Notes: generated by a model not told the origin, from the letters alone. Counted from the stretch's first letter, positions 27,269-35,697 are shown. The stretch is 39,810 nt of DNA from Planctomycetota bacterium (GCA_030628375.1 DAOVRD010000001.1:1-39810); one strand, 5' to 3'. Numbers and translations are program-made.

Positions 27269-27325
27269 CCGAGCCCCTCCAAAGTGCATGCTCTCGAGCC
27301 GTCCGGACGTGCCGCGGATCGTGAG

Positions 27326-27622
27326 TCAGACGCGGCAACTGTAATCGAAAAAGCCGACGCGCTCCAGGTCAGCCCGGAGCTTCCGACAGCGAGACTCGTC
27401 CAGGGCGGGCAGCGGCAGGCGCGGCACTCCGCAGTCCACGCCCATCAGCCTCATTATGGGCTTGACGGCAGCCAGCCCACCGGACCCGGCAAGGACGTTC
27501 ACCATCTCCCTGGCGCGCGACTGCCCCGCCTGCGCCGTCGCCATGTCTCCGGCCCGGTAGGCCTCCATAATGCGCACGTAGAGCGGCGCGGCCAGCAGAC
27601 CCTCCAGGTGTTCCCTCGGCAT
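27326..27622 (-). pseudogene. Dihydrodipicolinate synthase/N-acetylneuraminate lyase family, C-terminal remnant only (about 98 of about 300 aa)
   Basis: YRAGDMATAQAGQSRAREMVNVL...AAVKPIMRLMGVDCGVPRLPLPALDESRCRKLRADLERVGF matches the C-terminal helices of DapA-family lyases. An in-frame TAA lies 11 codons upstream of the ATG. There is no room for the N-terminal barrel before the divergent sulfatase. Confidence 0.55.
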
Positions 27623-27778
27623 CGCTCTCTCCGCGCAGTAGAAGGACGCCGTGCATTATATGTCCGGCCGAAGCGAACCGCCATCACAGGCGCCGGGGCG
27701 AAGCCCCAACTTGCCGCACCTCCAGGCCCGGGTTACAATCGGCCATCGTCACTCAACAACAAGGGGAGGAACGGACAG

Positions 27779-29281
27779 GTGAACGAACGACCGCACATCG
27801 TCATCTTCAATCCCGACCAATGGCGCGGCGAGGCGCTCGCGCACGTGGGGAACCCGTGCGTGGTGACGCCCAACCTGGACCGCATCACCGAGACGGACGG
27901 CGTCTCGTTCCGCCGGGCCTTCACCCAGAACCCCGTCTGCACGCCCAGCCGCTGCTCGTTCATGACGGGCTGGTATCCGCACGTGCGCGGCCATCGGACG
28001 ATGTACCACATGCTGCGGGAGGACGAACCCGTCCTGCTCAAGATTCTCAAGGACGCCGGCTACTTCGTCTGGTGGGGCGGCAAGAACGACCTGACGCCTG
28101 CCCAGAATCCCCAGGACCCCTACTGCGACGTGCGCTATCAACCCGACCGCCGGCCCAAACCGACGTGGCAGACGGACCGGGCGGACAGGTGGCGAGGACC
28201 GAAAGACGGCGACGCGTTCTTCTCCTTCTACGTGGGCAAACTCGACACGGGGGCAGGGGACATCTACTACGACAGCGATTGGGCCGTAGTCGAGGGAGCG
28301 GTTGATTTCCTCAAGAACGCTCCGAAGGACCGGCCGCTGTGCCTCTTCCTGGCCCTGACGTATCCCCATCCTCCCTACGCCGTCGAGGAGCCCTGGTACT
28401 CCCTCATTGACCGGGGCAAGGTGCCTCCCCGCATCCCGACGCCGGAGGGCTGGCAAGGCAAGCCCAGCCTGCTCAAAGGCATATGCGAGAACCAGAGGCT
28501 GCAAGGCTGGACCGAGGAACGCTGGACGGAACTGCGCGCCACCTACTACGGCATGTGCGCGCGGCTGGACCATCAGTTCGGCATGGTGATGGAAGCGCTC
28601 AGAGAACTCGGCATCTACGACGACACCGCCGTCTTCTTCTTCAGCGATCACGGCGACTTCACCGGGGATTACGGCCTGGTGGAAAAGACGCAGAACACGT
28701 TCGAAGACTGCCTCACCCGCGTGCCGTTCGTCATCAAGCCGCCGTCATGGGTCGGCCCAAAGGCTCGCGTCAGCGACGCCCTGATCGAACTGGTGGATTT
28801 CCCGGCCACCGTCTACGAGCTGACGGGCATTGAGCCCGGCTACACGCATTTCGGCCGTTCACTGGTGCCGCTGCTGAAGGGCGGAACGGACGAGCACCGG
28901 GACGCCGTCTTCTGTGAGGGCGGGCGGCTGCACGGGGAGAGGCACTGCATGGAGCTGGAGAGCGGCAGCGATCCGGGCGGCCTCTACTGGCCCCGCATCT
29001 CCCTGCAGCGGCAGGAGGGCCCGGAACACACCAAGGCCCTGATGTGCCGGACCGGGGACTTCAAGTACGTGCGACGCCTCTACGAGAGCGACGAGCTTTA
29101 CGACTTGCGGGCGGACCCGATGGAATTGACCAACCTTGCGCACGATCCGGGTCATTCCGCGGTCCTTGCGCGGATGAAAGATCGCATGTTGACGTTCTTC
29201 CTGGAGACCGGCGACGTCGTTCCGCACGACGCGGACAAGAGATGGTCCGGTCAGAGACTCCCGCGCGAGCAGCGGAAGTAA
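27779..29281 (+). CDS. Sulfatase (formylglycine-dependent)
   Basis: In-frame GTG at 27779 (GGGGAGGA upstream). Only the last 500 codons of track ORF 26204-29281 are protein-like: VNERPHIVIFNPDQWRGE...NPVCTPSRCSFMTGWYPHVRGHR (C-x-P-S-R)...FFFSDHGDFTGDYG. Confidence 0.9.
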   Translation: MNERPHIVIFNPDQWRGEALAHVGNPCVVTPNLDRITETDGVSFRRAFTQNPVCTPSRCSFMTGWYPHVRGHRTMYHMLREDEPVLLKILKDAGYFVWWGGKNDLTPAQNPQDPYCDVRYQPDRRPKPTWQTDRADRWRGPKDGDAFFSFYVGKLDTGAGDIYYDSDWAVVEGAVDFLKNAPKDRPLCLFLALTYPHPPYAVEEPWYSLIDRGKVPPRIPTPEGWQGKPSLLKGICENQRLQGWTEERWTELRATYYGMCARLDHQFGMVMEALRELGIYDDTAVFFFSDHGDFTGDYGLVEKTQNTFEDCLTRVPFVIKPPSWVGPKARVSDALIELVDFPATVYELTGIEPGYTHFGRSLVPLLKGGTDEHRDAVFCEGGRLHGERHCMELESGSDPGGLYWPRISLQRQEGPEHTKALMCRTGDFKYVRRLYESDELYDLRADPMELTNLAHDPGHSAVLARMKDRMLTFFLETGDVVPHDADKRWSGQRLPREQRK

Positions 29282-29423
29282 GAGGGCCTCCTGCGCTCAC
29301 CTCCAGCATAGTCGTTTTGCGGCGTGCGTCAAGCCCCATGTCGGGGAGCACCTCCCAGAATGGACTCGCACAGTCTTGATTCTTGTGCATTCAGCATGCC
29401 ATACTGAAGTTCAGTCCATTCAC

Positions 29424-29433
29424 GGGGGGGGGG
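29424..29433. repeat. Homopolymeric G10 tract 5 nt upstream of an ATG
   Basis: CAC GGGGGGGGGG TCGCC ATG. It lies inside the longer alternative reading frame that starts at 29376. Confidence 0.9.
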
Positions 29434-29438
29434 TCGCC

Positions 29439-30023
29439 ATGAAAGTGGCGCTTTGTGCTGTTGTTCTAGCCGTTGTCGTTCTTTGCGCTCTTGACCCTAC
29501 GGCGGTCGCGTGGGCCTTGCCCGCGTTGATCGCGCTCCTCGGTGCTCTCGTGGGCTGCGAGGTGACAGTATGGCTCTGCAGATGTCAGGCCGAGACGGAG
29601 CTCAGGCAGGCACTCAAGGAGTTCCCTCTCTGGCTGGCTAGCACACTTGATGTATCCCGACTGGCGCGGGTGGGCATTAAGAGTGACATGGGTCGCCGAG
29701 AACTCCTTTCATCTTCACCCCATGCCGACAAGCATGCCAATGCCTTCGTGGACCTGACCTTCCTCGTCAAGGGGCAATGGCTCTCGCAAGTCGAAAGGTG
29801 CCGCGGGACGCTTCTGGCGTATGCGTCGAAGCGAGCCCTGGCACGCATTGATAAGCAGTTGGCAGCGGACTACCAGCAGGTAGAGCAGTCGCGTCAGAAT
29901 TCGCTCAACAAGTTCCACGACGAAACGGCAGCAGATCTGGAGAAGATCGACGCGAGCTGTGCCAAGTGGTTTCGAGAAGCCGTGTCCACACGTTTGGGGT
30001 CGGACTGGAGAACGTCACTCTAG
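29439..30023 (+). CDS. Hypothetical membrane-anchored protein with helical/coiled C-terminal region
   Basis: ATG at 29439 in track ORF 29376-30023. Two hydrophobic helices (VALCAVVLAVVVLCAL, ALPALIALLGALVGCEVTVWL) are followed by a charged helical region. Lower-G+C patch, no recognisable family. Confidence 0.55.
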   Translation: MKVALCAVVLAVVVLCALDPTAVAWALPALIALLGALVGCEVTVWLCRCQAETELRQALKEFPLWLASTLDVSRLARVGIKSDMGRRELLSSSPHADKHANAFVDLTFLVKGQWLSQVERCRGTLLAYASKRALARIDKQLAADYQQVEQSRQNSLNKFHDETAADLEKIDASCAKWFREAVSTRLGSDWRTSL

Positions 30024-30127
30024 GGGCACAAGAAGGGCGCGTCCCGGACATCACTCGCCTTTCTGCGGCCCGCCACACGAGGGGCCCTAGCCCGCGCCCG
30101 CCGACGCTGTCCGACCGGGCGGAACAG

Positions 30128-30156
30128 TTGATTCGCATGGGCCGGCAGGCTATATA
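30128..30156 (+). promoter_or_regulatory. Candidate sigma70-type promoter for the nitroreductase gene
   Basis: TTGATT (30128-30133), 17 nt spacer, TATATA (30151-30156). Hexamer match only. Confidence 0.45.
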
Positions 30157-30257
30157 TGCGGTGCCGGTGGGGCACCGGGGCAAACCGGGCGGACAGAGGC
30201 GGCGTGTCCGTGCCTGTTCCCCGTCCGGATGAATCTCAAACGTGGAAGAGGATCGTC

Positions 30258-30911
30258 ATGGGTACGAAGTTGGTTTTGGCTCTTCGTCTGGTGTGTGTCG
30301 CCCTGCTGATCGGCGTGGCCTTCGCATCCGCACAGGAGGCCAAGCAACTCGAACTGCCGGAGCCGCAGACCGACGGCGGCAGGCCCCTCATGCAGGTGCT
30401 GAAGGACAGGAAATCCTTGCGTTCGTACAGCAGCCGGGCCCTGCCCCCGCAGGAGCTTTCCAACCTGCTCTGGGCGGCGTGTGGCGTCAACCGGCCCGAT
30501 TCCGGCAAGCGCACGGCGCCCACCGCGAGGAACATGCAACAGATAGACGTCTATGTCGCGACCGCAGAGGGGCTCTACCTGTTCGACGCAAAGGCCCACG
30601 CGCTGAACCTCGTTCTGGAGAAAGACATCCGGGCCATGACGGGGACCCAGAGCTTCGTTGCAGAGGCCCCCGTGAACCTGGTCTTCGTGTCGGACCACGC
30701 CCGGATGGGCGGCTCCTCGCAGGCCAGTAAGGACTTCTATTCAGCCACTGACACGGGCTTCATCAGCCAGAACGTCTATCTCTACTGCGCCTCGGAGGGT
30801 CTGGCGACCGTCGTGCGCGGGCTGGTAGATCGCCCCAAGCTCGCAAAAGAAATGGGCCTGCGAGCGAACCAGAAGATCATCCTCGCGCAGTCGGTCGGCT
30901 ATCCCAGGTAG
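30258..30911 (+). CDS. Nitroreductase family protein with N-terminal signal peptide
   Basis: ATG at 30258 in track ORF 30156-30911. Signal-like MGTKLVLALRLVCVALLIGVAFASAQ, then LKDRKSLRSYS...LLWAACGVNR...VGYP, typical of the nitroreductase fold. Confidence 0.85.
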   Translation: MGTKLVLALRLVCVALLIGVAFASAQEAKQLELPEPQTDGGRPLMQVLKDRKSLRSYSSRALPPQELSNLLWAACGVNRPDSGKRTAPTARNMQQIDVYVATAEGLYLFDAKAHALNLVLEKDIRAMTGTQSFVAEAPVNLVFVSDHARMGGSSQASKDFYSATDTGFISQNVYLYCASEGLATVVRGLVDRPKLAKEMGLRANQKIILAQSVGYPR

Positions 30912-31075
30912 GGGGTTCCGCAGAGGCCGCGATCACATGACCCCGCGTCTGCCTGCTAAGCCTATTCGTACGTGACCCCGTTCCGACTGCGATTATACTT
31001 GAGCGATCAAGCACCGTCCAGAGAGGAATCCTGGGAAGCTTGCAAGATTCTTCAGAACACGGCCAACACCAATGT

Positions 31076-31285
31076 CTATCGGCCGAGATGGACCGTACGG
31101 GGATCGGCCTTTCCCCCCTCGGTGGCCTGGAGGGTGCGAGAGAATGGAAGCGACAGGTCATAGCCGGATCTCTTGACACCTTGCTTTTCAAGCTCCTTGA
31201 TCAAAGCCAGGCTCTGTTCGAGCAAGCGGGTGTCGATGAGAGGGTTCGCTTTCACCAGTTCTTTCTTGTTTGGTTTCTTGCCCAT
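31076..31285 (-). CDS. Small hypothetical protein (69 aa) immediately downstream of the protease
   Basis: ATG at 31285 lies 5 nt after the protease TGA. MGKKPNKKELVKANPLIDTRLLEQSLALIKELEKQGVKRSGYDLSLPFSR is K/E-rich and protein-like. The last roughly 20 codons run into high-G+C flanking DNA. Confidence 0.5.
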   Translation of the reverse strand: MGKKPNKKELVKANPLIDTRLLEQSLALIKELEKQGVKRSGYDLSLPFSRTLQATEGGKADPRTVHLGR

Positions 31286-31290
31286 TCTTA

Positions 31291-32193
31291 TCACGCCCTC
31301 TTGTGAAAGCTCAGGGGGATAAACCGTAAGCGGGTGTGAATCACGCCCTCTGCAGCGCGTTTGTCCCTGTAATCCTTGAGAAGAAGGTAATATCTTGTGA
31401 TTCTCTCCTTCAACTCGTCGTTGGCCCCGAAGTCTTCAACGCGAAGCCCGACTTTGCGCCTCAGGATTTCCATGGAAATACCGCGTGAGTGGGAGTGCCA
31501 CTTCTTGGTGTCATTCAGCAATTCGGCGATTTGCGCAGCGCGCCGCACTTTCATCTGCCGGGTTACCTTAACCCCGCGAGTCTCGGTGCTTTTCCATGTT
31601 CTAAACTTATAGCGAACAAGCCAGTCTTTGAGCAAGGTGATAGTCAAATTCCGCGACTGTTCATATTGGTGCATCTCGGCGGGATCAAAACGTTCTATCA
31701 AATACGCCGCTTCTACAGCCGTCAGCTTGCCTTCTCTTGATTTGTCAAGCAGTTCCTCGTATTTCGCTAAGTACCCCAGCGCTGGCACCATTTTGCCATC
31801 GGGCTTTTCAATCTGTGGGTCAATTGGCCCCAGCACCGAAAAGTAGTCCATGTGGAGAGCATCGCCGGACATCACAAGAACCGTCCCGGCAGACTTGGCA
31901 AAATTCGGGATTATGAACTCTACTCGCCTATAATGGTGTCGAAGGAGAGCTACAAGGCGCTCGACCACGTCGATGTACCCCCCCGGCGTCTCCAACACCA
32001 AGCAGAGCTTCTTGCCCCGGCGTTTCCTAGTATGGAGCTCCTCTATAGCACTCCGAACCATATCATCCGCGCCGTACGCCAGTAATCCCACAAACGACAA
32101 CACATCGCCGCCGACAGTGGATTCGAGCGCCGTTATGTGGCCCTTGAGTTGCGCTTCAACGACGATGTTGGCGCTGGGTGCGGGCTTTGCCAC
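31291..32193 (-). CDS. SDH-family (PF01972-like) ClpP/crotonase-fold serine protease
   Basis: In-frame GTG at 32193 (AGGAGA 6 nt upstream) within track ORF 31291-32514. The upstream part of that ORF overlaps a better small gene in another frame. KLCLVLETPGGYIDVVERLVALL...IPNFAKSAGTVLVMSGDALHM is the S49/SDH-type nucleophile region. Confidence 0.75.
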   Translation of the reverse strand: MAKPAPSANIVVEAQLKGHITALESTVGGDVLSFVGLLAYGADDMVRSAIEELHTRKRRGKKLCLVLETPGGYIDVVERLVALLRHHYRRVEFIIPNFAKSAGTVLVMSGDALHMDYFSVLGPIDPQIEKPDGKMVPALGYLAKYEELLDKSREGKLTAVEAAYLIERFDPAEMHQYEQSRNLTITLLKDWLVRYKFRTWKSTETRGVKVTRQMKVRRAAQIAELLNDTKKWHSHSRGISMEILRRKVGLRVEDFGANDELKERITRYYLLLKDYRDKRAAEGVIHTRLRFIPLSFHKRA

Positions 32194-32263
32194 AACCTTT
32201 CTCCTGAAACCGCAGCGCGAGGAGCCAATTGGCCTATAATAAGGTGATGGGGCCAGAGCAGGT

Positions 32264-32488
32264 TCATCGCTGTTTGGACCAGCGCGCTTGGGCAGCTTTT
32301 CGCGCGATCTCTTTGCGTCTTTCAGCGGAAAGCCTTTGCGCCCGCGCTGGCCCGCCCTTGAGTCCACCAAGCCGCCCGAGTGCGACAGCCGCAGGATTCC
32401 TCTCGTCGCCGGTTGCTTCTGCGACGATCCGTTTGGCGGTAAGGTTCTCGGCTTCCGCCCTCTTATGCGTGGTTTCCTTCTTCGCCAT
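32264..32488 (-). CDS. Small basic protein with KGG/histone-H1-like C-terminal motif (putative nucleic-acid binding)
   Basis: ATG at 32488 in track ORF 32264-32518: MAKKETTHKRAEAENLTAKRIVAEATGDERNPAAVALGRLGGLKGGPARAQRLSAERRKEIARKAAQARWSKQR. Confidence 0.65.
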   Translation of the reverse strand: MAKKETTHKRAEAENLTAKRIVAEATGDERNPAAVALGRLGGLKGGPARAQRLSAERRKEIARKAAQARWSKQR

Positions 32489-32494
32489 GCCATC

Positions 32495-32522
32495 ATCATA
32501 CCATGCTTGACCACACAAGCAA
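32495..32522 (-). promoter_or_regulatory. Candidate sigma70-type promoter giving a leaderless or near-leaderless transcript
   Basis: Minus strand: TTGCTT (32522-32517), 16 nt spacer, TATGAT (32500-32495), then only 6 nt before the ATG at 32488. Confidence 0.45.
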
Positions 32523-32548
32523 GCAGAAAGTCTAGTAAAACTGACCCA

Positions 32549-33439
32549 CTACCCGCAGGGCCCCTGATTCGAGTTGACCAGGGGCACGATCCGGCTGCGG
32601 CCAGCGGGGCGGACCCCTTCCCTTAGCTGACGCCGGCTGCACGCGGGGAGGCGGGCGAACTGTCGCCGCAGGCGGGCGCGCGCCCACGCTTCGATAGGCG
32701 CGGGACCGGCAGGGATGAGGGGCTGGGCCTCGCCGAAGTCCTGGTTCCGCGCGCCGAAGGCTCGATGGCTCCGCACGTTATCGCCGCCGCCGCTGATGTG
32801 GTGCAGGCCCCCGGCCCAGCGATAGATGTAGCTGATGTCCCGGTCGGCCGGGTTCCAGGCGTAAAGCTCCCCGGCCTTGCGGAACTTCGCGAGCAAGGCC
32901 TTGGCCTGCCCGCTGACCTTCGGCGGGTAGCCGCCCAGCTCGAGGGCGCGCCGCCGGCCGAACACCATCTGCCCCTCGAAGACGTTGTGGCAGGGACCAC
33001 GCAACTCAAATCCTTCACGCGGGCCGACGCCCCACCACGCGGCGCCCGGCTTGACGCATCCCGTCCCGCATTGCGCGGGAGGACCCCCGCGCTCCAGAAG
33101 CGCCGAAACACACTGTCGGAGATGCCAGGGGAGGTAAAGGTCGTCGTCATCCCAGTGGGCGACCAACGGTGTCTCGGCCAACTCCAGAAGGGCCTGGCGT
33201 TTGTGGCCCAGAGTCGGGTAACGGGTCGGCGCATTTCGAACCTGCACGAACGGCAGATGAGGGCCCGTCAGAAGCGGAACCGGCGCGTCGTTCAGGATCA
33301 ACAGGCGCTTCTCGCCCGAGTAGTCCTGGAGCAGGAAGCAGGCGATGGCGTCGCGCAGTCGCTCGAAGCGGCCGTAAGTGGGGCAGAGGCACGTCACAGC
33401 AGGCCAGAGGCTGGAGACTGGAGGCTGCAGGTCAGACAT
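32549..33439 (-). CDS. Glycosyltransferase (GT2-like) with a repeat-encoded N-terminus
   Basis: ATG at 33439 (GGAGGA 8 nt upstream). MSDLQPPVSSLWP is encoded by repeat DNA, then AVTCLCPTYGRFERL...LILNDAP...HWDDDDLYLP (DxD). The start overlaps the upstream stop by 8 nt. Confidence 0.75.
   Translation of the reverse strand: MSDLQPPVSSLWPAVTCLCPTYGRFERLRDAIACFLLQDYSGEKRLLILNDAPVPLLTGPHLPFVQVRNAPTRYPTLGHKRQALLELAETPLVAHWDDDDLYLPWHLRQCVSALLERGGPPAQCGTGCVKPGAAWWGVGPREGFELRGPCHNVFEGQMVFGRRRALELGGYPPKVSGQAKALLAKFRKAGELYAWNPADRDISYIYRWAGGLHHISGGGDNVRSHRAFGARNQDFGEAQPLIPAGPAPIEAWARARLRRQFARLPACSRRQLREGVRPAGRSRIVPLVNSNQGPCG
33401..33434. repeat. GC-rich GGCTGGAG/CTGCAG-family repeat (copy a)
   Basis: Contains GGCTGGAGACTGGAGGCTG at 33409-33427, an identical 19-mer to 38119-38137. 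Confidence 0.85.
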
Positions 33440-34265
33440 CGGAACGGTCCTCCTCATGATCTACGCGGTCTACGGGCTTGCCATCACGGTAGACGATCTC
33501 GAAGCGCTGCGGACGGTGCCTCAAGGCGGTGGGTCGCTCCGGGGCACCCTGGACCCATCGCCGCAGCTTGTCCTGTCGGCTGCGCAGGAGCATGTTGACA
33601 GCGCGCCGGTGGATATCGTCCTCGTCCATTTCTGCCAGGCCCGCGAAGTCCTCCAGCCGCCCCGGCGCGCCGGCGCGCAGCCACTTGCGCACATACTGGC
33701 GCTCAACGAGCCGCCGGTCCGGCTTGACGCCCTTGACGTGGAACAGCAGGGGCCCGCCGCTCCTGGCCGGCTTCAGCTTGCCATCGAGCTGGTACTTCGC
33801 GGTGCTCCCCCCGCGCCAGGCGACATCCTTCAAGAGGCGGCGGTTCCAGTAGACGTGGCAGCGGTCGTAGTGGCGCAGGCGCTGGGTGGTGTGGTCGAAG
33901 TCGCCCCACATCTCGCACAGCTCCAGGCGCACGAGCGGCCGGGGGCCTTTGGCGATCTCGCGCAGCCGGTGGGCGGCGTACTCGCAGAGCACGTCATCCG
34001 CGTCGAGCCAGAACAGGTGGTCGGAGTCGGTCGCCTCAAGCAGGCGGTTGCGGGCCCGCACCCAGCCGAGTTGCTGCGCGCCTTCGTAACGGATCAGGCG
34101 CACGTGCCGATGCCGGGCGGCCGCATCGAGGGCCACGTCGGCCGTGTGGTCGCTCGAACAGTCGTCCAGCACGACGATCTCGTCGAAGTGGTCGGCGATG
34201 CTGCGCAGGCAGAAGCCGAGCGTGTAGTCGTCGTTGTGCGCGGGGATCAGGGCGGTGAGCTTCAT
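33432..34265 (-). CDS. Glycosyltransferase family 2
   Basis: ATG at 34265 within track ORF 33432-34424. MKLTALIPAHNDD...VVLDDCSSDHT...FWLDADD. ATGA overlap with the upstream gene at 34262-34265. Confidence 0.85.
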   Translation of the reverse strand: MKLTALIPAHNDDYTLGFCLRSIADHFDEIVVLDDCSSDHTADVALDAAARHRHVRLIRYEGAQQLGWVRARNRLLEATDSDHLFWLDADDVLCEYAAHRLREIAKGPRPLVRLELCEMWGDFDHTTQRLRHYDRCHVYWNRRLLKDVAWRGGSTAKYQLDGKLKPARSGGPLLFHVKGVKPDRRLVERQYVRKWLRAGAPGRLEDFAGLAEMDEDDIHRRAVNMLLRSRQDKLRRWVQGAPERPTALRHRPQRFEIVYRDGKPVDRVDHEEDRSDV

Positions 34266-34951
34266 GATGCGCTTCCGGTGGGCATCCCGCAGTCGCGGGA
34301 CCGTGCCCCTACGGCAACGGGTTCGCGGCGGTCGTCGTTGTGGGCGGGGGAAAACGGGACAGGCACCCCAGGGTCGGGATTGCCAGTCCCTGTTTTCCCG
34401 TTCTTGTCCACCCACCAGACCCACGCCGGGCCGACCTTCACCAGCTCCCCGAACGCCTCATCCACGGCGCGTTTGACGCCCCAGGCGTGGCACCAGCGCC
34501 CGTAGTCGTGTCCGAGCAGCGTGCCCCCTGCGCGCACCTTGGGCCACCAGAGCGCGATGTCCGCCCGCACGTACTCGTAGGCGTGGTTCGCATCCACGAA
34601 GACGAAGTCCAGGGCGCCGTCGGCGATCGTGCCGGCTGCCTCGCGGCTGAAGGCACGCACCACTACGACGCGGTCCCGGAAAGGCGCAACGCGCCTGGAG
34701 AACCTGCGGTAGGCCCGATCGAGCAGGCGCTGCGACGGCCACTCGATCCTGCGCCCGGCCCTGTCCGAGTCGTAGCCGGGGTAGTGCTGCCACGGGTCCA
34801 CGCAGTACAGCGTCCTCAGTCCCGGCAGGCGCGTGAGGAGCACCGCAGAGGTCTGGCCCTCCTTGACGCCGATCTCGGCGCCGACCGAATGCGGCCGGCT
34901 CGCCAGGACCTCGGCCACCACTCCCCACCGGCGCTTCGCCCTGATGGTCAT
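34262..34951 (-). CDS. Class I SAM-dependent methyltransferase (Methyltransf_24-like) with a repeat-derived C-terminal tail
   Basis: ATG at 34951 within track ORF 34262-35353, with ATGA overlap to the upstream GT8 stop. GAEIGVKEGQTSAVLL...LDFVFVDANHAYEYV. The tail ...REPVAVGARSRDCGMPTGSAS reads through a half REP. Confidence 0.8.
   Translation of the reverse strand: MTIRAKRRWGVVAEVLASRPHSVGAEIGVKEGQTSAVLLTRLPGLRTLYCVDPWQHYPGYDSDRAGRRIEWPSQRLLDRAYRRFSRRVAPFRDRVVVVRAFSREAAGTIADGALDFVFVDANHAYEYVRADIALWWPKVRAGGTLLGHDYGRWCHAWGVKRAVDEAFGELVKVGPAWVWWVDKNGKTGTGNPDPGVPVPFSPAHNDDRREPVAVGARSRDCGMPTGSAS
34297..34312. repeat. Half REP-like element
   Basis: GGGACCGTGCCCCTAC, whose reverse complement is GTAGGGGCACGGTCCC. 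Nearly identical to the half copy at 36929-36946. Confidence 0.7.
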
Positions 34952-35697
34952 CGCAGGGGGTCCTCCCATCGCCTGGCCCCGGTGTGGTGGATCAAGCCCG
35001 GCACCTCGCCCTTCCAGCCGAAACTGTGCTCCGCGCGCGACCAGAGGCGCACGCGGCAGCCGATCTCCGCAACGGCCAGCGCCAGCGCGTACTGGTCCAG
35101 CATCCACCAGGGGGATTTTGCGGGCTGCAGCTGCGGGTCGCTCACGCCGGCATGCCGGATGGCTTCCATCCAGCGGGGCCAGGATTGCGCCAGCGAACGG
35201 GCAACCTGGCCGCGGCACAAGAACGCGCCGGAGTTGAAGCCCTGGACCGGCGGGAGCCCGAAGTGGGAACAGAGGGCGGCCCAGCGCCGCCGGCTCAGGA
35301 ATCCGCCCGCCAGCCAGGCCGTCGCAACGCGGGCGCTGAAGTCGGCGTCGCACGCAAGAAGCTCGCCCAGCGACCCACGCACGACCGTGTCTGCATCCAG
35401 GAACAAGACCGAGGCCGCCGTCACATCTGCCAGGGCCGCAGGCTTGATCCCGGGGGGGTAGTCGCCGCCCTCGACCTCGACCACGCGGACGCGCACTCCG
35501 GGATTGTGCCGCACGGCCGTGTAGATGCTGCCGGCCGCCATCCGGCGGTACTTCTGGTCGGGCGTGACGGCGTAGACAACCGTCAGGCTGCAGGCTGCAG
35601 ACTGCAGGCTGGAGGTACCTCCGGCCTCCGGCCTCCCGTCTCCGGCCTGCTGCCTCCGGCCTCCAGTCTCCAGCCTGCCGTTCGTTCCGTCAGGCAT
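34948..35697 (-). CDS. Glycosyltransferase family 8-like with a 35-aa repeat-encoded N-terminal extension
   Basis: ATG at 35697 (8-nt overlap with the upstream stop) within track ORF 34948-35859. MPDGTNGRLETGGRRQQAGDGRPEAGGTSSLQSAACS is followed by LTVVYAVTPDQKY...LFLDADTVV...FNSGAFL. No canonical start codon lies nearer to the GT8 core. Confidence 0.75.
   Translation of the reverse strand: MPDGTNGRLETGGRRQQAGDGRPEAGGTSSLQSAACSLTVVYAVTPDQKYRRMAAGSIYTAVRHNPGVRVRVVEVEGGDYPPGIKPAALADVTAASVLFLDADTVVRGSLGELLACDADFSARVATAWLAGGFLSRRRWAALCSHFGLPPVQGFNSGAFLCRGQVARSLAQSWPRWMEAIRHAGVSDPQLQPAKSPWWMLDQYALALAVAEIGCRVRLWSRAEHSFGWKGEVPGLIHHTGARRWEDPLR
35584..35680. repeat. GC-rich GGCTGGAG/CTGCAG-family repeat (copy b), hairpin-capable
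   Basis: CAGGCTGCAGGCTGCAGACTGCAGGCTGGAGGTACCTCCGGCCTCCGGCC...CCTCCAGTCTCCAGCCTG. It has a central GGAGGTACCTCC palindrome and contains the family core in reverse orientation. Confidence 0.85.

Noticed and set aside
26204-27778. 5' 525 codons of the 1025-aa plus-strand ORF 26204-29281
   Set aside because: It is antisense to the M19 dipeptidase and the DapA remnant. The protein-like sulfatase sequence begins only at the GTG at 27779, which has a good RBS.
31040-31306. 88-aa plus-strand ORF opposite the 69-aa gene
   Set aside because: It has no RBS and an odd composition. The minus-strand ORF is tightly coupled to the protease stop and has a K/E-rich, protein-like sequence.
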